DNA of 63,968 nucleotides, filler included, from Rhabdomonas costata (taxonomy: Eukaryota): NCBI GenBank assembly GCA_019059605.1. It is 23 parts of 23 records of this genome, joined end to end, with 100 filler letters (N's around TTAATTAATTAA, not from the genome) between each part and the next. Parts side by side here need not be neighbours in the genome. Positions count along the whole stretch, not along the records: positions 8,368 to 11,056 come from JAHMHO010002348.1; positions 11,157 to 13,844 come from JAHMHO010002349.1; positions 13,945 to 16,627 come from JAHMHO010002350.1; positions 16,728 to 19,413 come from JAHMHO010002351.1; positions 19,514 to 22,199 come from JAHMHO010002352.1; positions 22,300 to 24,988 come from JAHMHO010002353.1; 17 more parts are not named here. One strand, given 5' to 3'. This document shows, in pieces, positions 10,331 through 23,100 of the stretch (the stretch's first letter is position 1; each line of letters opens with the position of its first letter). The translations under genes and the position numbers were made by a program. The notes under the pieces were generated by a model. That model searched no databases, was not told where the DNA came from, and saw only the letters and a program-made list of their open reading frames with translations.

Positions 10331-11977
10331 TATTTGGCACATTGACCAGAAACTTGAGAAGTGGCCTCTCGTGCATGACTGCGTTATTCGTATGCCCAAT
10401 CTAAATCAAAACTTCTAGTAACGCCTTTTGACTATTCTTTTAAAGCACTTTACGCTTTTGCACTCGCTAATCTTTGCTCTATTTTATACTCCTATCTCTA
10501 TAGAAAACGAATAGCCTGTTGTGCGTAATGAACTTCTATGCACGGCAACTTCTCCAATGCTATCGTGACCTTTGTACATCATCTCCAACTTATGGTTCAT
10601 CACCATTGCAATCTTTTTCTTCGCTTCCTGTAGCATTACCACAGATCAAAAACTCTACAAAAGACTTTTAATCTGAACTCTTAAGATATTTGCAAATCTA
10701 ACTGCAAACTAAATTACACTCCTAATCATCTTATTTTCCTGTAAAATCTCACGATGAAATGCACTGAGCTCTGGATCTTGCGTCTCAGTCAAATCTTGGT
10801 GATACAACACTGTTAATAGCAAACTACAGCATCACGAGATCTCGCCACTTTTCTCCATACCCCGTCGCAATAATAGCAATTAAAACTTGCTCATGGTCTA
10901 AATTGTCCTCTATGAGTGGCCATTTTTCTGATTATTGTATGGCAAGTGTCCAAGAACATTACCACAAATTCCAAAACAACGGCATAAACAATGTATATAT
11001 GTCACTTGCATGGCTTCTAGACATTACATTGTAGAGAAATATATCTCACAAAAACCNNNNNNNNNNNNNNNNNNNNNNNNNNNNNNNNNNNNNNNNNNNN
11101 TTAATTAATTAANNNNNNNNNNNNNNNNNNNNNNNNNNNNNNNNNNNNNNNNNNNNGGTTGGGGGGGGAAGAGAAACACGAGTCTTCCCAGAAAAAAGTC
11201 ACCCTGGCCAAGTGCACAAAGTGTGTCGTGGACCTCAGGATCCCAGGTAGAAGAGGATTCGAAGATTCGAGAGGCTACCCAGCGATTAGCAGACCGCAGT
11301 GCACTATTGAGGTTTCCCGAGAATCTCCGCCCAGCATCAGAGGGGGTCATCCCCACCCCAAGATGGGGCCAGGCAGCGGAAGAGTATCTGAAAGCCCGCT
11401 GGAGCAGAAAGGACCTTAACCACAACATTGCTCGTAGTGCGTGCGTCGTGCATTCAGGGGATGCTGGTATGCAAGGGTGGTCGGTGGTCCCTTTGACGTT
11501 CACAGGATTATTTGCATGAGTGACAAATGGTTATTCATAGGACGTTGAATTAGTGTGGGTGTCTCAACCACGTTCTGCACCCCGATACGTCTGACTGCAT
11601 ACGAACCGTTCGAGACTTTCTGGTCGATCGTGGTCGGTGTCATGCCCTATTTGATGGGGCGTCTGGTCCCCAGAAGGGGTGCCGCCTTGGTGCAAATTCA
11701 CCCTCAGGGAAGCGAAGGACCTTCAGGCGGGCCTTTCAATCCCGAATCCGACAAGCCGAGGGCTTGTGCTTCCGCAGAAGCTTTCCGAGCTTTTTTTTTC
11801 CACGCTGAGAGATTGAGGTGATTGCAAGAACCACTGCGGCCATCTTTAAGCTTTGCACCGGCTATGAAAGTCGGCAGGTTGACCTTTGCAGACTTTCTTC
11901 TTCTGCTTGTCCTTGCGCACCTGTCCACTGGTTCTGCTTAGGAGGCACTCGGGAGCGATTTTCTTTTGCCTCCACAG

Positions 11978-12132
11978 CCAGCGCTTGGCGTTCACCCTGG
12001 CGCTGCGGCGGGTGGCACTGGCCGCAGTTCGTGCTCAGGGGATTGACCCTGACACCTATGACATGCACATGGGCTTCTTCCCTGCCTTCGCCCCCACTAA
12101 CCTGCTGCTCAGGCCCATGGCCACCACAAAAG
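11978..12132 (+). CDS. Isolated exon of an uncharacterised protein
   Basis: polyY-CAG acceptor, GTGCGG donor and host-like codon usage: QRLAFTLALRRVALAAVRAQGIDPDTYDMHMGFFPAFAPTNLLLRPMATTK. Confidence 0.45.
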
Positions 12133-14574
12133 GTGCGGTTGGGATTTTGCTTGGAGGCGAGTGGCTACGATTACAAGACAATACTTGTTAAGACAAGGGG
12201 GGGCTCCACTCTTGCCATCACACATCGTAGTCCTCATCTTAGCCATCACACACGGCACCAGCGATCGCTGCAACCTCCTCGCTGACCAACCCGGTTGATA
12301 TCTGGAACCATTCTCAAAGCAAAGGCTGCGCACTGCCTCAGGAAGCAACACAGCTAGCTGGCCCTAAACCCAGCCTCGGAAGTCTCCTGATCAAGTTTGC
12401 AATCCTTTAACGGGCAGCTTCCTTCCTTTTACAACGTTGAGGGGCTTGTCAGGCGTACAGCGCCCCTACTTGTGCAGTATTTCATGTCCACCCATTGGTT
12501 TAATTGTTTTCTTCCCTTTTTTTTGGGGGGGGGGATTTTCCGTTTCTTTTGCTTTTCCCTGAGTCGTGGGTGCCCCCTCCGGCTGCAGCGGGCAAGAAGC
12601 GGCACAAGATTGTACAATATACACTGGCCTGGGGTGCAAGGTCCAGGGCTTAGCCGTTTCCCTCCTAAGTTTTTGTCGCTTCCCTCGCATGTTGACGTCA
12701 TACCGAAGCTGCAATCGTGATTATCCTTTTACACACACGCGCGTGCCGCCGTCTCTCGGGGTTGAGGGATGTGGCAGCAGCGAGGAAGGTGAGAGGGGTA
12801 TTTACCCCAGGGGCCCTCTACAAAGTTCAGCGACGACCAGAAGAGGCAACCAATTCCAACCCCAGGTACTCCGCAGGTGAAGGAGGATAGGCCAAAAGCC
12901 GAAAATGGGGACAGCACCCGCCAAATACCAAAGTCGGCATTCGAAGGAAGCACCGTCAGAGAGAGTGCAACAGCAACGGGAGCGAGGGAGAGAGGCAGGG
13001 AACGTGTGAGAGAGAGGGCCAGGAGCGCCAGGGAAGGGTTGGGGTCAGTTGGCTGCGGGGATCAAGTATGGAGCATCCAGGGAGAACAGAGACGCAGAGC
13101 AGGAGAGGCCGACGGCAGGAAAGGGACCCCCGAGACTTCCGGGGGCGAGACATGAAAGCCGCAGCCGAAAGAAGGTGGAAGACGAGCACGTGTGCCTCAG
13201 GGAGTGCGATGCTGGCACGGGATGGTATGCAAGTTCCAACAGTGTCTCGTTGTGCACCCGAGGGAGGAGCACCCAGAACGAACCCGCGCGGAGACGGACC
13301 CAGTGCGCAGAGGTGCAAGCGGACCATCGAGCGTCGCAAGAAATCAGAGCCGCTATACTACCACCAACGGGAATCGACACTACTCACAGACGCACCAAAG
13401 CAAAAAGGCAGTGAGGCAACCCCGAGGTGCAGGAGGTTCAGCGGTAGAGAGCAGGAATAGCCCGCGATGAAACTATAGAGTAATGTAGTGGTTCGTACCC
13501 ATGCTGCCCGTTTCCCATTTGAAGGAAAAGCGAGAGAAGGCCGCAGCCCAACCCCACCCCCCCCAGAAAAAAGGAGTGCACAGTCCCAAAGACCTGAGCA
13601 GCAACGGAGCAGTGGATAGCCGCTGGAAAAGAGCAGCTGCGCGACAAAGGTCGGGGACTCGTGGGGCAGAAGGGAGGGTACCATATGTGCAAAGTTCGGA
13701 AGTGAGCCGGAACCCCGTGGCACCGTTCGCTCCAGCGGTACCGTGGCCAACAGCGCGCGCGCCCGTCTGTCCACAGTGGTCACTGACGGTCATTCAGGCA
13801 ACAGTCAGCGCGCAAGGCGCCCAACACGGACAAACACAAAAACANNNNNNNNNNNNNNNNNNNNNNNNNNNNNNNNNNNNNNNNNNNNTTAATTAATTAA
13901 NNNNNNNNNNNNNNNNNNNNNNNNNNNNNNNNNNNNNNNNNNNNCCGTCCGTGGAAGCGGAAACGATGTGCTGACCTGTTTTGGTTTGGCCTCTTTTTGC
14001 GTAAAGACAAGCGACACATGACCCCCCCCCTATCAAAAAATCAAACGAGGATGCAAACCACAATCTCCAAATCTTGTATCAGAAGAATCCGTGTCCCCAC
14101 CACCTACGTACATTTGCTTTGGGGTGACGGCGGGTCCAGCATGAACCAAAGCTCCGGGCAAGAATCTCATTAGACGAACAAAATACCAAATGAAATAAGT
14201 CGTGCGGACGCGTTTACGGCACGGAGCTTGTGAGGGTTTTGATGAGAACAGGTGGTTTCAGCAATGCGTTCCTAAGGGTCCTGACATCAATTATTCGATG
14301 CCGCTGCACCCAACTTGGCATTGTCACAGACCCCATAGGCAAAGAACAGGCGAGCTTCTCAGCGCTGCGGACGACAAGACTTTCAAGAACAAGTAAAGTC
14401 CGACCTTGCCCACTGCTCATGTTAAGACCAAAAAGACAGATAGGGAGTCGTAACCACAACCTTCTTCAAGGCGCAATGGACCACCACGAAACCTCACAAG
14501 AAAAACGAACAGGCTGCGCTGCAGATGTTCCGGTTGCACAACATACCGCTGGGGGAGAAGGCGCAGCACCACAC

Positions 14575-14790
14575 AGTCCCCGTGTGCCAGAAGAAAGCTC
14601 GAGGCCGGGGCCATCTCCTCAGGTGCTCCGCGGCCAGCCCGGCCAGCCGGGGGGTTCCACTCCGCCCCACCCGGGCCACCTCTCTGGGGTGGAGCAGGGT
14701 CAGCAGAAGAAACCACAGCTCCTCAGGGAGGGCCCACAGCTCACAAGGGGCTGCCAGCTCCACGGCAGCCAGCCTAACCTCTTCTTGCAT
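14575..14790 (-). CDS. First exon of an F-box-like protein
   Basis: MQEEVRL...ELWALPEELWFLLLTLLHPREVARVGRS fits the F-box pattern LxxLPxELxxxIxxxLxxxxxxxxxxV. The ATG has an in-frame stop upstream and a TTTGCAG acceptor 31 nt upstream. The donor position is uncertain. Confidence 0.55.
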
Positions 14791-16266
14791 CCTTGCTCTT
14801 CAGAGATTCCAGGGAATTCAACTGCAAAGTAGTAATTGGCGCTGAGGGGTTGCAAAAATGCAAATGCGTAGTAGCGTTGCGACAGGTGGGATGTTAACCA
14901 CTCATCGATCAATGGAAAGCAGCCTCAGGTTAGCAGTTTAATGGAAATGTTGCATAAAACCAAAATTAAAAAGGAGACTACACGCAACATGACAGTTCAC
15001 CATGAATATATTTAATGGTGCAACGCCTTTACTATAAAAATGTTCTCAAGGAAAAACGTCAGGCGAATGAAAATTGGGAAATGCAGCGGAGCTGCAGACG
15101 AACTGAGGGGGAGAGTCACCAGGGGCGAACCCCGTAATTTGAAAGAGAGAGCTCGACATGAGCTAGTTTTCAACGTATTGCCCGCATTATATTAGGCGGG
15201 AGAGGAGATGGGGTGGGGTATCGGATCCTGAGGGCCTGCCCGAAATATTCAGAAAGGTCACCGGTGCATTTTTCCGGAGGAAGTGTTTAGCCTGAACGGA
15301 ACAACGTTGAAGCGTTTAACGATGTTAAGGGTTACAACGACTAAACGGTGAGGTTCGAACGGTGAGGTTAGCTGATAGGCTCGGCAGATTCACCGAAGTC
15401 CGCCCTCTAACACGCCAGAATACAACGGCAATACAAAATCCGAGTCTAGTAACAACGGTAAATCGTTTTACGAGGTTAAACCAATTTAACAACCCCTCAC
15501 TCACTGCATGGCAATGTTCCATAAAACAAAATTTTTCAGTACCCACAGCCCCATTTCCTGAAGTCATTCGAAGCAAGCGCCCACACACATACACAGTGTT
15601 CCAAATTTTTCCACATGATGTTGCAGCAGAAACGGCAGCTTGAGAACACCAACATTGCAGGCACACGAGTCCAGATGGCATGGTGGACACAAATCTGAAA
15701 GCACTGAAAGCAGGCAAGCAGGTGGGGAGGGGGGTGGCTGGGGGGGCCACCATCGGTCAAACTCGCACCACTGGCTGCGCCACGAACGGAGGCAGCTGGT
15801 GCGACACAAGGGGCAAAACAGTCCAAACAGAGCTGGCTCTGAGTGTGGCACTTGAAAAGGGAAAAAACGCAGCTGGAAGGACAGGGCGAACTGGAAAGAC
15901 CCCACCTGCGGATGTGCACGGAAACGCTGTAACTTTCCGCACCTCATCTCCTCAAGGCTGAGCAGGACCTCCCGACCTCCATTGCTCGCCTTTTCGCGGC
16001 GTACATTTACAGTATATCTCGGGGTGAGCCCACCCCGATGCTTCACGGTTATTGGCTGGTGTGCGTGTGGCTTTGTGCCTGTTCCAAAAATATATCAAAA
16101 AAAGGGATATATACACAACAGCCCCTAACAGCCTCTGAAGTAAAAAAAAAAGCACTCTGAAAAAAACGCAGCCTCGGGCACCTCGCCTTTGGATTTCTTT
16201 TCTTCACCCCTCCTCAGTGCTCAAGGGCCGGCCAACGATCTCAGGGTGCAGCCGCCAAGACCGCAC

Positions 16267-16569
16267 TTGCCGGGGCACCGCTTCAGCTCCTCCCTGGGAG
16301 CACTCTCCGCCAAAAGAGGCCAGCGCCTCTGCTCTTTGCAACAGCCTCTGACTGTGCCGAAGCTGCTCTGAGGTGAGGAAGACTGCCGAGGTTGGGGAAG
16401 ACGGGCAGGACGAAACTGCCGCCGACGAGGCGGAGGTGTTCCGGGCCACAAGGGTGCGAAGCGCGGAGGCGCACTGAGCGTACTGTGCTGCGCGGTACAG
16501 CTCAGCCGCGGCGTTGTGCTCGCGGAAGGGGTCCACAGACGCCGCGGCAGCGATGGCGTACATCCACTC
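16267..16569 (-). CDS. Internal exon; begins with a PH-domain-like C-terminal helix (EWMYAI)
   Basis: CAG acceptor at 16572-16570 and GTGCGG donor. Translation EWMYAIAAAASVDPFREHNAAAELYRAAQYAQC... Confidence 0.5.
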
Positions 16570-16868
16570 CTGCAAAGAAGCAGAAGCACGACCACCAGAA
16601 GCATGACCAGTGAGCGAAAGTAACCCANNNNNNNNNNNNNNNNNNNNNNNNNNNNNNNNNNNNNNNNNNNNTTAATTAATTAANNNNNNNNNNNNNNNNN
16701 NNNNNNNNNNNNNNNNNNNNNNNNNNNATAGAAGCTTTTGCGCGGCGATGGACGTGCCCCCTGGGATCACAATGGAAGCTTTTTCCAGGATGTGTTTGGC
16801 CGCGGAGCGGAGCGGACGCCAGGACTGTCTTGTCTACGTCTTTGTGTTTGTGTGCCTTGTCCCTTCAG

Positions 16869-18892
16869 CTTGTGTCCGAGGAGCAGCGGTTGGTGGACTG
16901 TGTGTCTCAGCTGCGGGAGGTGGAGCGGCAGTATGCACGGATCGAGGAGCAGCGTGAGCAGGCCCGGCAGGAGCGCGCCCGGCAGGCCCAGGAGCGGGAG
17001 CAGCACCGCAGTCAGGTCTTCACGCAGGCCTCGGAGTTGGAGCGCTCCCGCAGGGAGGCTGCCGAGCTGAAGTGCCAGAGGTGAGGGACTGGGAATCTCC
17101 CTAGACATCTTTTTCTTATGATGGAGGGACATCCTCAATGGAGTGGGATGGGTCGGTACATATCCTTGCCACGCTTTGCTTTCTTTCAGTGCTCGTATTC
17201 TCGGGCCCTTGCAATAATGGTGTTTGTAATCGATAGTGTTAGTACGGCAGCTCTCAGCACAATTTATCTTGCTCCTTCTGGACTCTAAGTGATGTTATGA
17301 TGCGCCTTGCTGTGCTAGTGGGTGCAGTTATTCCCATTTTCATTTGTTAGGGAAGAGGAGAAGCTGGCCTCCTTCCTTTCGGAGAAGGAGCAGCAGGAGA
17401 AGGCCCGCCTGGCTAAGGTTATGCTGCTTTCCTTTCCTTTCCTTTCCTTTCCTTTCTTTTGCGTACTGCAACGGTGCTGTTGCGTGCTGCAATAGTACCA
17501 ACTCAGTCGTTCGAAAGCTCCTTGTTATTCCCTGGGGCTTTGCTATTCAGTGTGAGGTACAGCGGAAGCACACCGAGCGCAAGGTCGAGGACAAGGCCAC
17601 CAATGACCGCGAAGGAAAGGAGTACCGTCTTGCACAGATCGCCACTTTTGAGAAGAACTATGAAGAGGTGCCTTGCCCCTTTGTCCCTTGCTTGCCCCGT
17701 GAGTATAGGTCAGAGGACTGAGCACCCGCTTTTTTTTTGGCAAGTGTGATGTTCTGGTTTTTGAGGTGTTTGGGTTTTCGAATGGTTTGGGACATTTGAC
17801 AGTGTCGGAGGTATCGAACCCTTCTTACAGCAGTTTGACATTGCGAACCAACACCGTTCGATTTTACGTTCTTACACGGCGCCGTTATGCAGTTCAAAAC
17901 TGCCCCTTCCTCAATAACGCCCCCCCTACCAATTGAGCAAGCAAGTGGATGGGAAGTGATGGGTTCCTGTTAATCTGGAATTTGATTCTCCTGTGCACTT
18001 TACATCGCAGATGCAGGACAGGCGCACTCACAAGCTTCAGACCCAGGAGGAGCTGGCATATCTGAAGTGGGAGGACAAAGACCGCTTCAAAGCAAGGTGC
18101 CCCGAAATGCGCGCATCTTCGCACATACGCATCTCTGTTTGAAGGTCTTCATGACCGTGCTCCTAGTTGTTCCTTCAGATTCGGGTTTGTTGAATTGGGG
18201 ACAGTTTGGTCCCCACGATCCACATCCCCACTCACTTCTTTCAGCCTCTGTTTCATTCTTAGCTGCGTCCCCCGTCCCCGTCGACGACCGTCGTCGCCCT
18301 TTTTTCGTCCGTTTTTTTCTTACCGCTCAGTGCTGGATGTTCTGGGTCGTGTATTATGTGCTTCTATTGGTCATTCGGATTTCTATCGTCTCTCCTTGCA
18401 GACTTGCCTCCCCACCTCACCGAGACCCAGATGCACCCTCCATCTCCTGTAAAGCTTTCTCTTCACACAAGGAAGGGGAGAATGGTGCGTCGGGGGAAGG
18501 AAACCCTAACCGTTCCAAATTCCCGAGCGCTTACAACAGAGGTACAACTGGCGCAGATGACCTTCTTACCATGGCAAAGTTTGAGTCCCATGAATGGAAG
18601 AGTTCACATGCCTTCAAATGAAGTGAAATTGCCTCGGCAGTAATTCTTCGTTCCATCGGCTATTAATTCCTCGAGGATCATCCGTCACCTTCCATACCAC
18701 GCAAGCACATTTCTTCGTTGTTTTTTTTTTAGGAAGTTCCAGACACAGCAGTACGAGGTGCTGTGCCTGGTGGACAGCCTGCAGCGCAAGACGGAGATCA
18801 TTGACAAAGTCGCGGCGAGCAAGCGCGAGATTATCGCCGCCCTTCGGGCCTCCCAGGAGCAACGCGGCAGGGTCCGTGCGGCGTACGTGTAG
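16869..18892 (+). CDS. Coiled-coil protein, uncharacterised (partial, 5 exons)
   Basis: Exons 16869-17080, 17351-17417, 17551-17667, 18011-18096 and 18733-18871/18892 splice in phase. E/Q/R/K-rich heptad-like sequence. Confidence 0.75.
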
Positions 18893-19513
18893 AAGTTTCA
18901 GCTGAGCAAAGACGCTCTCTGGCCGATCATCTGGCTGATTCTATCCGGCGGAAATCTAGGATCTCATTCTCGGTGAGCTACTAACAAACCTAGTGGGTAC
19001 CGTCCAGCGTAGCTCGGGCTGAACCTTCCTTTATCGAAAGATCCCGAGCAGAACCCAGAAACAGCAGGTGCAGCGCCCCTTGACACAAGTGTCCGAATTG
19101 GCGATCTCCAATCACCTTTGCGTAACATTCATCAGAAGTGAGCTGCTCTACCACCATCTCATGCCAGTATTTCCCCTTTCACATTGTGAATTCTTCTGAG
19201 GAGCAACCTGATGCACTGCTTCCTGTTTCTTCCTGTTTCGCTGCGTCGGAATTGGCAGATTGCCCGAGGCCGCGCGCACCCTCACTCACTCACGTTTTGT
19301 CTGCCCTGAATAGACGCTGACCTGCAATTACGGATCGCTGATGTGCATTTTTGCAATTCGTGTGTGTGCATGTGTGCGGTCGGGCAGAGGGTTACCGGCA
19401 CGGAGCACACCACNNNNNNNNNNNNNNNNNNNNNNNNNNNNNNNNNNNNNNNNNNNNTTAATTAATTAANNNNNNNNNNNNNNNNNNNNNNNNNNNNNNN
19501 NNNNNNNNNNNNN

Positions 19514-20421
19514 GGTGGTGGCCACGCTGCGGGCGGAGAGGATCCGGATGGAGCGCAGCGGGGGGTTCGCGAACTACGTCAGTACGGCCAGACTGCTTGC
19601 GTTGGAGAGGGCTACCTCGGTGACCTCGTTGTCGAGGGGCGAAGAGGCTGAAGAGGGTGGCAGTGGAGCCACCAGAGTGACTCGCCAGGTCTGTTTGCTC
19701 CCCGGTGAAGCGGAATCATCACCTAAAAATGTCTTTGTGGGGTTCGACACCGGGGAGACGTTTACATCAATGGGGGGAAGGAGAGCAACAGTTTTTGGCC
19801 GCGAAAAAATAAGAGAAATCGGTCAGTGGTCGGTGAAATGGGCAGAACATAAAACCCAAAGCAAAAGAGATTCGTTTTCCCTGTTTTATAGGAACCAAGA
19901 TGGGATACTCATTAACGGCTTGGAGACAGATGACATGCAAAGTGAAGGCACAGAGATGCTCAAGCAAAAGCGAGGCTATCCCAAACGTTTGCGGCTAAGC
20001 TCAGCAGGCAGAGGGGGTCCCAGTGATCTCCAGTTTTCCCATCAGCAAACCAGAGCTCTTCAGATGACCTCTGGCCACTGACCACTGAGCCTTATGATCA
20101 CCCCACCCGTGGGGTCAACCCAACGACGTTTTGGGAGATATGCTCTGTATTCAAAACACCCCAGACCTCCCTTCGTTCTTCGCCTGCTTTTGGAGAAACT
20201 CCCGAGTGCCTTGTGCCCGTCTTTTGCAGGTCATCTACTTCGCAGTGTATGTGCAGGCTCAGGAAGAGGTCATCGCCACCTTGCAGGCCCTGCGGCAGAT
20301 GTGTGTGGCTGTTCTGGGGGAGCTGGAGCTGCCTATGGTCAGCGTGTCTGGGCACGCAGAGGAAGGGTGCTTCCCCGCCGTGGAGGCTGCAGTCCCGTTT
20401 GCCCCTGACCGCTCGGTGTGA
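19514..20421 (+). CDS. Uncharacterised protein, two exons (partial)
   Basis: 19514-19688 (VVATLRAERIRMERSGGFANYVSTARLL..RQ) and 20230-~20421 (VIYFAVYVQAQEEVIATLQALRQMCVAVLGELELP..) have phase-0 GT-AG sites. Confidence 0.5.
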
Positions 20422-20949
20422 GATTCCCAGGACCAAGGCATCACGAACTCTCCAGAGAAGACTCCTTGTCCTTGACGAGCTGTTGATCAGGGATAGCGTG
20501 CCTGTGGCCAGAAGGACTTTGGTTGGCGCCTGGGATTGTTAGGTTGTTGCCTGAGGCCGTCCAAGTCGCCTTGACGTTTCTTTGAAAGCAGGTGGACCTG
20601 AGGCAAAAGGGGAAGAGTTTGGAAAACCTGGAGTTAAAACCGCCAGGGCAAACTCCAGTTTTCTGGAAAGTTCATCACACGAACGGACAGGCGGTTTGGG
20701 CGCCACGCGGTGATTGGACTGGATATGTATGACCTTGAGTGGGCATGCGACTTGTAAGCGTTATGTACCTTGCGTTTCAGGTGGCATTAGTGGCATTGGG
20801 AAATACTTTTTTTGGTTCTTGATTTACGGACCTCATGGGGGGGGGTTGTGCACAGGCGTTAGCTGTAAACGCCACAAAGAGTTTCTTATCGTAATGATCA
20901 AGCGTTTACAGACACAGAAGACGCCACACTTTCGGGTTGAACAACAGTA

Positions 20950-21036
20950 TTCTTCTGTTTTTCGGTGTTTTTTGTTTTTTGTTTTTGTTTTGTGCTTCTC
21001 TCGTACCTCTTGCTCCCCTTGATGTGTTGCCAACAG
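20950..21036 (+). promoter_or_regulatory. Polypyrimidine tract plus CAG acceptor 21 nt before an ATG (putative trans-splice site)
   Basis: Long T-rich tract, then AACAG, then a short UTR and the start codon at 21058. Confidence 0.5.
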
Positions 21037-21057
21037 TGAGAAGGCGATCGTGGACAC

Positions 21058-21750
21058 ATGACAACTTCCTCTCAGGCGCGTGCTCTTGCTGTGGATCTCA
21101 AGCGGGACGGTATGTGCAGCTGTCTCCTCTTTACCCTTAACTGGGCTGTGTTAGGCTTCCCCTGTGTAGCTATACTCTTTGTGGTGTTCGGGATGCCAGG
21201 GACATGGTACCACTTGCAGGGTTTCCTAGAAATGCTCTTCACCGTAAAAGGCAGAGACTCGTAAAAGTTGCTGCTGCGGTTTTTCGCAAGCAGACCATAT
21301 AAAAACACGTCATGGAAATCCCCCCCTCCAGGCCAAGCCGCCCAATCCACCCGTGTAGCGGCGCTGGCATTGCCGAACTCGAAGACGAGCGCTTTGCCAC
21401 TCGACTCAGCTGCAGGATAGTCCAGCCGTGTTGCAAAGCCCAAAAAACAAAAGAAATACGCCTGAATGCCATTGTGTGCCATTGGGGGCCTGAATGCCTG
21501 GAGATGGGACCACCGGCCACTTGGGTTGGCCCGCATGGACGAAAATCATATCAACCAAATATCAATGAAGGGGTCTGCCGCTTGATTTTCGAGGGCTGCT
21601 TCCGCTGCTGCACCAGGGAACGCGGCGCACCAGAATGGGCACTTCCGCCAGGCCATCTTCCTGTTTAGCAAAGCATTGGACCTCTGTGTGGGACCCGACG
21701 TGGACTATGTGCTGTTCTCCAACCGCTCAGCCTCGTACTGCCTGCTCGGG
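21058..21750 (+). CDS. TPR-domain protein (STI1/SGT-type TPR), N-terminal exons
   Basis: Exons 21058-21109 and 21617-21750 give MTTSSQARALAVDLKRDGNAAHQNGHFRQAIFLFSKALDLCVGPDVDYVLFSNRSASYCLLG. This carries the carboxylate-clamp TPR motifs KxxGN and SNRS. Confidence 0.85.
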
Positions 21751-23100
21751 GTTTGAGCCGAACCTTTGTGTTCTCTCTTGAGTTTTGCGTGTGGGATCTG
21801 TATTTTTTTTGGGGGTTGCATTCGTATATAGATATGCCACCCTCGGTTCAAGGGAAAGGTTCCCAAAGGCTGCGCGGGCTAGCACGCGTGCTACGATTCG
21901 TTGCCAATTGCCTTAAAGTTAGGCAATGGGGGCTGAGTGACGGTAGCGGGATAGTGAGGTTGGCGGGCGAGTTTCGAACCAATGCTTTAGCGATAAGCCC
22001 GCCCTTGGGGGTATGCGCTTTTCTTTTGAGCTGATTTGTACCCCAACCCCATTTTTGGCTTTTGGTTCCTGAAGCTACCAGTTACTGCCTCTTTCATGAA
22101 AGCATGAGAAGTCCGAATGAGAGACGCGGTGTTGCCGTTGTGGCCTTTGGCCATCGTGAAGCCACTGCCGCGTTCATGTGGGTTGGAGACCAACAAACAN
22201 NNNNNNNNNNNNNNNNNNNNNNNNNNNNNNNNNNNNNNNNNNNTTAATTAATTAANNNNNNNNNNNNNNNNNNNNNNNNNNNNNNNNNNNNNNNNNNNNG
22301 GGTGTGTGCTGTTCCGCTCGTTGTGCTGATCGGTGATTGCCCTTCGCCTACTGGTCACACGGTTGGGGTCACCACCTTCGGACCGAGTCCTATTTGGTGC
22401 CAGTGCTGCTGATGGCGTTGCTGTGAACGCTTCCGCTTGAATCGGCGTCCTTTACTGCTGGTTTTGGCAGGGTTTCTGCGTGCAGAGGAAACCCCCAAGA
22501 CACTTTCGGGGTAGGGTGCTTGAAATGCGCAATGTCTTCACTCGTTGTGAGCGTCATGGCCTTTGTATTTTCCCATAGCTTGCTGTCAATCGGTGTGCAA
22601 CGGTCCTTCGGGTTTTCCACTTGCTGTAATATGTGGGTCTTCGTTTGTAGTGAGCTAAGGTGAGAGTGCTGCCTATGCCCGCAGCAGGGATAACGAAAAA
22701 GCCTTGGACAGGCAAACAAATGCAGGCAAGAAACGACTTCACTTGAGGCGGGGCAACCTCTCTTTTTTCCTGGACTCGGCGAATTTCCCTATCAAAACCC
22801 TGAAAGCGTATGAAGATATCGTTTTTGACACAGCTGCCAGTCAAGGCGTGTGCTGCTGTGGTATTATTCTGTCAAGAACCAACCCACCAAATCCCCCCCC
22901 CCCTCCGTGGTCAAGGGCAATGTCAGCATAGCTCACAAGCCAAGCCATCTCAAATCAACTTGGCAAACGCTAATTGTTTTTGGAGTGAAGTGCGTTTTCC
23001 CTCTCCAAAGGTCCGTGCTGCTCTGCTGCTCTCCGTGAGTGGGAGGGACTCAAACCGAGAGAGAGAGAACTTGAAGGGGTAGCACAGAGAGCAGAATACG

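Noticed and set aside
22390-22844. Possible minus-strand exons divergent from ILV3
   Set aside because: Splice-like sites exist but there is no recognisable protein and no confident phase chain.
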